In this document: piece by piece, positions 51,910 through 62,138 of the stretch | Numbering within the stretch: position 1 is the first letter of the stretch | How the letters are laid out: each line of letters opens with the position of its first letter | From: Lama guanicoe | Taxonomy: Eukaryota | Assembly: GCA_013239625.1 (NCBI GenBank) | Contig: MU053876.1 | Coordinates: 175,394 to 239,393 of the forward strand | Length of the DNA stretch: 64,000 nt | Direction of reading: 5' to 3' | Program-made: the position numbers and the translations under genes | Notes under the pieces: model-generated | Told to the model about the DNA's origin: nothing | The model's input: the letters and a program-made list of their open reading frames with translations, nothing else | Databases searched by the model: none

Positions 51910-53697
51910 CTCCAGAAAGTGGGCACAGAGGGAACATACCTCATCATAATAAAGGCCATAGATGACAAGCCCATGGCTAACAGCATACGCTGTGATGAAA
52001 ATCACAAGGCATTTCCTCTAATATCAAGACAAGGATGCCCATTCTTACCACTTTCATTCAACATAGTATTGGAAGTCCTAGCCACAGCAATCAGACAAGA
52101 AGGAGAAATAAAAAGAATCCAAATCAGAAAGGAAGAAGTAAAGCTGTCTTTGTCTGCAGATGGCATGATACGATACATAGACAATTCTAAAGATGACACC
52201 AAAAAAAAACTACTAAAACTCATCCATGAGTTAGGATACAAAATTAATATACAGAAATAAATCTCTTGCATTTCTATTCACTAACAACAAACTGTCAGAG
52301 AAGTTAAGGAAACACAATGTTATTTACAGTCGCAGCAAAAGGAATAAAATACCTAGGAATTAACCTACCTAAGGAGGTAAAGACCTGTGCTTGGAAAACT
52401 ATAAAACACTGATGAAATAGATTGAAGAAAACACAAACAGATGGAAAGATATACCATGTTCATGAATTGGAAGAATGAATACTGTTACAATGACCACACT
52501 ACGCAAGGCACTCTGTAAAGTCAGTGCAGTCCCTATCAAGATACCAAGGGCGTGCTTCATAGAACTACCACAGACAATTTTAAAAATTTGTATTGAAACC
52601 CAGAAGACCCCAAATAGCCAAAACAATCTTGAAAAAGAACAGAGTTGGAGGAATCATGCTCCCTGACTTCAGACTATACTACAAAGCTACAGTCATCAAA
52701 ACAGTATGGTACTGGAACAAAAACGACACGTAGATCAGTGTGGCAGAATACAGAGCCCAGAAATAAAGCCATACACTTATGGTCAGTTAACCTATGACAA
52801 AGGAGGCAAGAATATACAATGGAGAAAAGACAGTCTCTTAAATGGTGCTGGGAAAACTGGACAGTTCATGTGAAAGAATGAAATTAGAACATTCTCTAAC
52901 ATCACATACAAAAATAAACCCAAAATGGATTAAAGACCTAAATATAAGTCTTAAAACCATAAAACTTATGTAAGAAAACAGGTAGAACACTCTGACATAA
53001 ATCACAGTATTTTTTTGCATCTGTCTCCTAAGGCAAAGAAAACAAAAGCAAAAATAAACAAATAGGACCTAATTAAACTTAAAAGCATTTGCACAGCAAA
53101 GGAAACCATCCACAAAACAAAAAGACCTACTGAATGGGAGAAAAAAGTTGCAAATGATATGACCGATAAGAGGTTAACATTCAAAATATATGAACAACTC
53201 ATACAATTTAACATCAGAAAAAAACCTGATTAAAAAATGAGCAGAAGACCCAAATAAACATTTTTCCAAGGAAGACATACAGATGGCCAACAAACACATG
53301 AAAAGATGCTCAACATCATTAATCATCAGAGAAATGCAAATTCAGACTGCAGTGAGACATCACCCAACACCTGTCAGAATGGCTGTCATCAAAAAGGACA
53401 CAAATAACAAGTGCTGGTGAGGATGTGGAGAAAAGGGAACCCTTGTACACTCTTGATGGGGATGTACATTGGTGCAGCCAGTATGGAAAACAGTATGGAG
53501 GCTTCTCAAAAAACTAAAAATATATCTTAAAATAGGATAGCATATGACCTACCAGTTCCACTCCTGGACATACATCTGAAAAAAATGAAAACACTGATTT
53601 AAAAAGATATGGGCACCCCAGTGTTTATAGCACTATTTACAATAACCAAGACATAGAAGCAATCTAAATGTCCATCAATAGACAAAGAAGTTGTGGT

Positions 53698-53752
<55 letters not shown>

Positions 53753-54190
53753 CACTCTGCAACACTACTCAGCCATTAAAAAGAATGAAAATTTGCCATT
53801 TAGCATGGATGGACTTGGAGGGTATTATGTTAAAATGAAATGTCAGACAGAGAAAGACAACTACCGTATGGTATCACTTACATGTGGAATCTAAAAAAGA
53901 AAACAAACTAGTAGATATAAGAGAACAGAAATAGACTCACATGTATGGAGAACACACTGGTGGTTCCCAGAGGGGAGAGAATATAGGGGAAGGGAAGACG
54001 GTGAGGGATTAAGAGGTACAGACACTATGTATAAAATAAGTAAGTTACAGGGATATAGTGAGCCACACAGGGAATATAGCTAATATTTTATAATAACTGT
54101 AAGTGGAATGTAACCTTTAAAAGTCACTATGTTGTACCTGAAACTGATGCAATATTATACACCAACTATACCTCGAAAAAACACAAAGAA
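51910..54190 (+). mobile_element. L1 3' portion (about 2.3 kb; frameshifted ORF2 RT/C-terminus and 3'UTR), sense to AZI2
   Basis: [25 protein letters not shown]...[10 protein letters not shown] (RT motifs, ORF 51919); multiple stops and frameshifts; L1 3'UTR through aactatacctc. Confidence 0.95.
53700..53749. repeat. (AC)25 microsatellite inside L1
   Basis: Perfect dinucleotide run. Confidence 0.99.
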
Positions 54191-54307
54191 ATAGGAGTTT
54201 TTAAACATTGCCCCAGTATTCACATTATTCTAAATATGTGTTCTCTTTTCTGCTCCTTTATTCACTGATACATTTGTATTTTATGTTTTTATTTTTAAGT
54301 AGCTGTC

Positions 54308-54523
54308 ATGGATGCGCTGGTGGAAGATGATATCTGCATTCTGAATCATGAAAAAGCCCAGAGGAGAGATACTGTGACTCCGGTCTCAATATATTCCGGA
54401 GATGAATCTGTCGCTTCCCATTTTGCCCTGGTCACTGCATATGAAGACATCAAGAAACGACTTAAGGATTCAGAAAAAGAGAACTCTTTCTTAAAAAAAC
54501 GAATAAGAATTTTGGAAGAAAAG
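54308..54523 (+). CDS. AZI2: AZI2 (NAP1, TBK1/IKK-epsilon adaptor) coding exon 1 (exon 2, begins 54303)
   Basis: MDALVEDDICILNHEKAQRRDTVTPVSIYSGDESVASHFALVTAYEDIKKRLKDSEKENSFLKKRIRILEEK, recognised as the AZI2 N-terminus. Acceptor tttttaagtag ends at 54302; gtcATGG Kozak; donor AAG/gtaatt at 54524; 216 nt, phase 0. Confidence 0.97.
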
Positions 54524-56040
54524 GTAATTTATCTGTTACCTTCATCTATGTTGTATGACTTAAAGAACAATTCAAATCCAGAGTATTTGGAGAATTAAAT
54601 ATTTTTCCGTCCTGTCTGCCGTGGGTGTACCAGATTTCCAAGGATAGCACACTGCCAATCTCAAAATCCTGGGCATTTTACGCAGCCTTCTGTGCTTCAT
54701 GTATCATAACACTTGGTGAATATTTGCAGAGTAGGATTTAACAACATGAAGGGATTAAATTTCAATTTTTGTGTGTGTATGTGTATACATATAGATATAG
54801 ATATAGAAGTATAGCCAGTTTACAATGTTGTATTAATCAAATATTTTTCTTACCTCTTTTTGTCAGATGGCCTTACCTTCATAGTAGTATGTATTTTACA
54901 CAGCATTTTTAAATCTGTGCAAAAAATTATATACCAACAAAGTAAATTAAGTGTCCAAGGAAGAAGCTCCTGGAACATTGTTCTGATACGTTTAATAATG
55001 TTTTCATCTGGACTGAAGTTTCACATCTTCTTTACCTCAACATTCTCTTTTGTTCTTGAACACACATAATGAGAATGCTTTTAACTGATTAACTAATGTT
55101 TCTTCTGTTTACCTTTTTCATTTAGAAACTGGACACTTCTAAAGGTGACAGAATATATAAACATCTGATTCAGTTATAAATCATCAGATCTACTTGGCTT
55201 GTATGTTGAGAAATCTTCCTCACTCTTTTTTTTTTTTAAGTTTTGAAGTGTAGCTTAGTTCATGTTTCTTCAGATCATGGTTTATGATCTTCAGATGTTC
55301 AGTGTATTCATGTTTTACAAACAGCAGCTTCCACAAAGGAGGAAGGAAATAATCTAGGAATAAAAACTTGAGGATGGGGCTTGGTAGAATTGAGTCCTTT
55401 GAAGGAAATACGAAAAAATCAGCTTCTTCGTATTCATACGAATTTTCTTTAATGATAATTAAATGGTGACAGACTGGGATAGAGTGACAAAACATAGCAC
55501 TTTGGAGCTCGTAGTTAGGTTTTTAAAAGGTCAGTAGAAAAATGTGACTTAGTGTAATGAACATTGGAAAATATTTCTGTGCTTTGTGACATACAATCCT
55601 ATTAATTTCTGTTCTGGAGTAATACAGATTTAATGAACTAACACATCTGTTCCTTAAAATGTCAGGTGCACATTAACTTGATACTTTTGCTACACAGTAA
55701 CTTGGTACTGTATACCTCCTTGGAAAGCTCAAGCAGTATACAAGAATGATGTACTGTGTTTTGATGTGATGAATTAATATAAAAATAGATACCACAAAGT
55801 ATAAGATACTGATGAAGGAAGAGCATAAAAAGAAGACTTTTAAAAAATATTCTGTACTTTTGTGTTTTCTTCATCAGTAAAGCTTAATTGTGTGGCAGTG
55901 AAATGTTCACTTACCCGTAGTCCAGACTTTATCCCTGCATTACAGTGATTAAGATGTGGAGCCATCAGAAAACTGGTTTGTTTGTTTTTTTTAACATGGA
56001 GTATGCTCTTAAGCTTTCTCTTCTGATTTTCTGCCACTAG

Positions 56041-56166
56041 CTTATCGGGGCTCGAAAGGATGAAGAAGCCAGTTCTGTGGGACGAGAACAAGTCAATAAG
56101 GCCTACCATGCGTATCGAGAGGTTTGCATTGACAGGGACAATTTGAAGAGCAAGTTGGATAAAATG
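56041..56166 (+). CDS. AZI2: AZI2 exon 3 (coiled coil)
   Basis: ccactag/CTT...ATG/gtaggt; 126 nt; LIGARKDEEASSVGREQVNKAYHAYREVCIDRDNLKSKLDKM, in frame with the previous exon. Confidence 0.96.
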
Positions 56167-56637
56167 GTAGGTTGGTTTGAAGAGAATGATATCTATATAT
56201 TGCAAATATTTTCTCCTTGAAGAGGTTTAAAATTAGAAATAAGAGAGACTTGCATTTATTAAGTAAAAAATTGAAAATATGCATGCTCAAGGCAAATATA
56301 GAAAATTTTAATGGTAACATTTGAAAGTTATCCTTATACAAAATAAATATGCAGTATGTAATGATGTTTCACTCTTAAGTACGTCTAACACCACTAACTT
56401 ATTTTGAAAAATCATGAGTTGGTAGAATTTGTCAATGTGTTAAAAAAAAAAAAAAACCTGTGAATAATAAGTCCTGAGTTAGAGAAAGAGATTAGTGAAG
56501 AAAAAACTGGGTTCATGTTCCCACCTTGCTTTTAAAAAGACTAGAATTAGTTTTTCAGTATCTACCTGAAAATTAATATATAATACCGATCTATAGATTT
56601 TATTGAATGTAATTTGGCATTTTCCCTACTTAACTAG

Positions 56638-56737
56638 AATAAAGACAACTCTGAATCTTTGAAAGTATTGAATGAACAGCTACAATCTAAAGAAGTAGAG
56701 CTCCTCCAGCTAAGGACAGAGGTGGAAACTCAGCAGG
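56638..56737 (+). CDS. AZI2: AZI2 exon 4 (coiled coil)
   Basis: taactag/AAT...CAG G/gtaggc; 100 nt; NKDNSESLKVLNEQLQSKEVELLQLRTEVETQQ plus 1 nt. Confidence 0.96.
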
Positions 56738-57808
56738 GTAGGCCACTTACTTGTTACAAATATTCTAACGGAATTAATACATTTTTCCATTGATGTTTAT
56801 GTCCATGATCAGTTTTCTATATCTGTATGCTGATAAGGCCTTAACTTATTTTTAAATTTTTAGGCATGTATCAGTGTCTCTGTTCTGCTTTTACAAAACA
56901 GCAACTCCTTTTAGCTTTTCCCTAGATGGAGATTGCATTTTTCTTGGAGAGAATTTGCCAGGTTTTATTCAGGGCTGGCTTGTGATGAAGTGGATGAAGA
57001 AGGGAGTGGACCTCATCCTCTTCAGAGCCTTTTGCCCACTGCTGAACACTGGCGTGGAGTGGTTACACTTGCATTTTTGTTTTGTTTTGGTTTGTTTGTT
57101 TTAATTTCTGAAGGTTGTTAAAATGTGCAGGTGAGATGCTGTGTTGAAAAGTCAGGGCTGAGGGTCTGAGTATTAACTCGCCTATTCCATGAACATTCAC
57201 TCTGATGAGACAGGCTGGAGATGAGGCTCTGAGAGACTTTTGGCAGGAGGCTGAGAGGAGATCTCTCACAGTAGCTCGTTGGGGCTTTTTCTGCAGAGAG
57301 AGACTGAGAAGCTAAGTCAAGCGTTAGTCAGTATCTGGTTGTACTGAGTTTGTACAGTGGCGCGTTTATGAGTGAAACTGTTCTGAAGTGAAACTTTATA
57401 CTTTCTAAAGGGACTAGATGGAGTGATTAGCTGAGTGAGCCTCAGTTTACTCACTTCGCTTAATTCTTATCACTGTCTTCATCTTGACGTAGGTTACTGA
57501 TCTATCTGTAATTTTAACATATGCTTGATTAGTGTTGTATATTTTAAAATTTCAAACTGACAAATTTGCTCTTAAACCTAAGCAGAAAATCAGGGATGGG
57601 GTGATTAATACGTTCTAAGACAAGATCACTAGATTTCTTATTCTCATTAGCATAGATATTTGAAAGCGATTACTGTTTTTCAAAACCTTAATTGTGTCTG
57701 TATTACATTGGCTTTTCTTTTACCCACCTCTCAATAGTGTAAGCTCTTTTGAGTTGCAACCAGTGCAGAAAGCAGAAATAACAGCTTTAATGTCCCTCCT
57801 TTTTGTAG

Positions 57809-57957
57809 TGATAAGGAATTTAAATCCACCTTCGTCAGACTGGGAGGTGGAGAAGTTGAGCCGTGACCTGAAGATCCATGGTTTGGAGCAAGAGCTGGAG
57901 CTGATGAGGAGAGAGTGTAGAGACCTCAGACTAGAGCTGCAGAAAGCCAGACAAACG
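57809..57957 (+). CDS. AZI2: AZI2 exon 5
   Basis: ttttgtag/TG...ACG/gtacca; 149 nt, completing the phase-1 codon; (V)IRNLNPPSSDWEVEKLSRDLKIHGLEQELELMRRECRDLRLELQKARQT. Confidence 0.96.
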
Positions 57958-58592
57958 GTACCATAGACTGGCCCCACCGGGAGGTTCAAATGCTGGGCGC
58001 GCCACTCGCAGGCCTTGTCATAAGTGTCACACCACAGGCTCAGCGTAAACTAGCTGCTTAGAGAGCTAGTCTCTGAACGTTCATTCACCTTTATCTTCCC
58101 TTTAATCATTTTTGCTAAAATTTGATATACTGTATACTTTTAGCATAATCCTAGAATTACATAATTTTGTTGTTAAAAAGCTAATTTTTAAAAAAACCTT
58201 ATTAGTTTATTAATTTATTAAAACTATTCTTTCAAACTTCCTTTTCCTTCAGTTTCCTTAAGTCATTTTTTTCTGTGTAAAGTGCAAGAGAACTCAGGTT
58301 TTATGTTTCCCATTTTATTTAACTTACAATTTGATTAACTTAGACACCACAAGAGACTACTTGATTCTTAGAATTCTTAAAAAAAAAAGAGAAAAAACTT
58401 TACCGCATCCACTAATTTTCAGAAGTCTAATACTTTCGGAACAACTTTAATTTTCAGCAAATAGCTGAGAATTCAAGAATTGAGGGGCAAAAGGCAAAAC
58501 CGAAAACCCTGCTGAGCTGCTGAAGTGTGGTTAGTCATCCACTGAAACACAGGATGCCTCTCAGGTCCTCACCAACGGTCTATGTACTGACA

Positions 58593-58839
58593 CAGCGACC
58601 TTTGAGCAGTGTGTGTGTGTCTTGCAGAGGTCCTGTATACAAGGATTTTTTTCAGTAAAGATACAGTCGGTCCTGGGCATCTGCCAACCACAATCGTAGA
58701 CTACGCTGTCCGTCACTGCTTGATCCACGGATGCCAGCCTGAGGGTACAGAGGGCTGACTCTGCGACTTGAGCATCCACAGGTTTTGGTCCCTACTGTGG
58801 ATCTTGACACCAGTCCCCTTGGATACCAAGGGACAGCTG
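58593..58839 (-). mobile_element. Tigger2/MER8-like non-autonomous DNA transposon
   Basis: Minus strand begins cagctgtcccttggtatcc...ggatgctcaagtc and ends gaaaaaaatccttgtata...gctcaaaggtcgctg, i.e. degenerate Tigger-type TIRs. Confidence 0.75.
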
Positions 58840-59903
58840 AGCTTTGTGTTGGGTTCTAGAAAGCTTGGATACGTTTGTTCAGATGTCATGACGGAGAGCG
58901 CTGAGGATAGAAGGTGCACCAAAGGCAGGGTTTAAAACAGTTATTACGGGAAATGGAAAAGCTTAGTAGTCTGGAGTTCAGGAGCCATTATATACACCCA
59001 TGGATTTCAGACTAAGGGAGCCAGGTAGATCCTTATTTCTCAGCTCAACCATTTTGCCCATCAGAGCATCCAGCACTACCCCCAGGTTCTTCCAGGCTGC
59101 CACTGACTGAAAGAGGGGCTGTGCCCTCCCCTCCTGACCACCGACCAGGACTCTGCCCTGAGCCCCAGGTGTCCTTGGATGCGCTGACTGTGCTTTTCTG
59201 TAATGTCGCCTTTACCGAAGGTGACCGCTGGTTAAGAACGGCATTAAGAGTGATGGGGCATCCTGCATTGGCCTTTACCAGATGAACTGGACAGTGAGAA
59301 CTTGATTCGGAGCCCCCAGCCCTGATAAAAGGGAAACATCTACGACAAAAATTACTGTCAGCTCCTGCTGGAGCCAATTTTTTTTTTCTTATTTGACATC
59401 TGAAGTTAGTTTTCCTGGCTTTGAACCTGTGACCCATGGCACAATTCCCTCAGAGGTCTTGAGTGTCCTGCCTCACAAGCCCCAGTGGCCACAGCCTTCG
59501 AGAGGCTCCTTTTACAAAGCTGTGCTTGCCAGAAAAGGCTCACCACGAAGCTCTGAACTGTAATTGTCAGTATATACATTCTACTTTAAGTGATGAGATA
59601 GTTTTTATAAACAATGGATATTTACTTACATAGTAGGAAGCAGTACCCTGGAATTACAAAAATTTGGTTCATAATTGTTGTGTTCCTATTAACATTAGCA
59701 AGGTCATTTAACTGTCTTGAACTTTTTTCCTATAAAGCTGACGTTAAATATCTATTTTTTTATGAAAGTTAAAATAGGTAATATGTAAAGCAGTTAGCGT
59801 AGTGCCTGGTACAGAGGGTTTTCAGAAAGTGAACTACACATTAGGGTAATCCAGAAAAGCAGTGTATGTGTGATACAGTTCAGTTCTCAGCATTTAATAT
59901 TTT

Positions 59904-59917
59904 CCACTAGATGGTGC
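59904..59917 (+). promoter_or_regulatory. Candidate CTCF site in AZI2 intron 5
   Basis: CCACTAGATGGTGC closely matches the CTCF core CCACYAGRKGGCRS (one mismatch). Confidence 0.55.
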
Positions 59918-62079
59918 TGGGGGATAAATTTGCTTTTAGTTTAATTCATCTTTCATAAATCACAGAAACAGAGTTGAAGGTAGAAGAAACTTTAGAAATC
60001 AGTTCTTTTACTGCTGATGAAATTCAGTCAGAGACTAAGAAACTTTAAGAATTGAAGTGAGATAAGGGAGGTTTTGTTTTTTTTTTTAAGAATTTAAGAC
60101 ATGGTCCTTCCTTCATAGGAATTTATTTGGCTGGGGGAGGGGAGATTTAAAGGTTAAAAAAAATGCTCACAACTAATATAAAGATATCAACCAGGAAAAT
60201 AAATAGTGGAAATTTATCAATTTATCAAGAGTTCCAAGTTTCAATCTTGATACTGTGGCATGTGTACATTTAAGTCTTACGTCAAAGGTGTTGCTGAGCA
60301 GACCAAGAGCGAGCCAAGGAGAGAGACGTATGTTCACACTAATCATCTTCCTTATATTTACTGTAGCCATATTTACAAATATTTATAAGATGCTACTTTG
60401 TGAAACATTTTGTAACACCTTCTGAGTGTGAAAGAGCATCGCTACATGGATGTAAGAGTGGCCTTTTTTGGGCTTTTTTTTTTTTTTTTTTTTTAGTGAA
60501 CTCAGTTGATTGTTCGGTATTATTGAGTTCGAAGTTCCACTGTGGACCTTTTGGACTCTGTATCCTCCAGTATTCTAGCCATTTATATTCAGAACAGTTG
60601 GTCCTTTGAGAAAAACAGACACTGGGGCAGACGTGTAGGAAACGCCGGCTCGGGTGTAGGAAAGGCACCCGGTGACGGCGGGTTGGAGGCGGACACCGCG
60701 CTGTGCTGTGCCGGCGCTGCTGAGCGGCCCCGCAGTACGGGGACCCGCTTCGCTCAGCAGCGCTCCCCGGGGTTCCGCGGGACTCCAGCGCCAGGTGTTT
60801 GCGTATTACAGATAATTTCCGTTGTGCCTTTTGCTGATTTACAATAGATTTTCTGAATTGTTAGGTGGCAACTGGGAAAATACTTGAACAACCCAAACTG
60901 TTACTTTTTTTAATATCACTGGCTTTAAAAATGAGAAAGGTTTCCATTACACATGTACACATGTATACGTTAATTAAAATGTATATTTTATGTATATTTT
61001 TTATTAATGATTATTAACTAATGATACTGAGAAACTCAAAGTGACTTGATCTTATTCCTTTATATCTTGTGAGGAACAGGAAAGGAACATGTCCAAGGTC
61101 ATGTGCCTTGTTAGGGGTCAGGCCTCCCATGTTTGTGGGCCAGTTTCCTGTCTCTACAGGGCTCCCCTAAGACGCAGCTCAACTGTTACAGTCCTTAGTT
61201 GGTATTTTCTGAACAGTCAGGTCCAAATACCCTTGAATCCTATAATATGGTTGATGTTTTACACCCCCAAGTGCAGAGGACTCATGAGGTCCTTTTGTGG
61301 CATTTTAGTGTTTCACTTTAAAACATACCATTTAGATGATATAAATACACGGTAAAATTGAATTTTGTCCTCTCAGTTTATAGTGGCCATTCCTGCTAAT
61401 AAAATTAGTGCCTGTGGTATTGTTTTTATTTGTTGTGGACCCTGAAAGTAAATGCATTGCAAACAAGTGTGTTACAGAATTGCCTTAAACATATTAAGTT
61501 TACTTTTAAATATCTTTCATAGGTTCTTTTTGTCATCTATAACCTAAACTACTAAAACTTAAAGGCATATAAGGACTTTATGAAGTCCTCGCCCTGCCAC
61601 TGTCTTGTGGGAAGAGGAAATTTATGCTGATCTTTTTAAACAGTAACCTGTTAAATTTTGGTACTATTTTTTTGTAGTGATACCAAAAGTGAGATACTAA
61701 CAAACTTCCATTTTCTGATGGAATGAATTCACTCAGCTGTACTTTGAATAAAGAGTAATTTGATAAAATTTGTTACCCTTTTTAAAATACAGACTCTAGA
61801 TGGATGTTTTCAGAAATACATTTTGTAAGACTCCAAGTTCTTTTATGTGAGACCAATTGCAGTTTTTAAAGAAAAAGCATTCATGACTTTAATTGGAAAT
61901 TTAGAAATTACCTGGTATAGGTTTAGAGTTATTTCATTAACATTGAATGTAAGATCTAGTTTTATGCTGCAGTTAACATATTCTTTAAAAGCTGAAACAT
62001 GGCTAGGCTAATCAAGTACTGACAATAAATAGAACGCAGTATAATGACAACTTGTAAACTTTTTTTTAAACAATGACAG

Positions 62080-62138
62080 GACCCATCTGAGGAAGACAGT
62101 CCGAAGAGTGGAGATGTCCAGAGACTGAGCGTCTCCAG
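62080..62138 (+). CDS. AZI2: AZI2 exon 6; downstream exons (TBK1-binding region) lie outside the window
   Basis: caatgacag/GAC...TCC AG/gtatga; 59 nt; DPSEEDSPKSGDVQRLSVS plus 2 nt, in frame and resembling the AZI2 segment that precedes the TBK1-binding domain. Confidence 0.9.

Noticed and set aside
51919..53500. Reverse-transcriptase-like ORFs
   Set aside because: Frameshifted, 5'-truncated L1 ORF2 with a degenerate catalytic motif (SADGM); not functional or novel.
54524..54598. ORF read-through tails past exon donors (also 57694-57808 upstream of exon 5)
   Set aside because: These are intronic extensions beyond clear GT/AG boundaries; the spliced frame already explains the protein.
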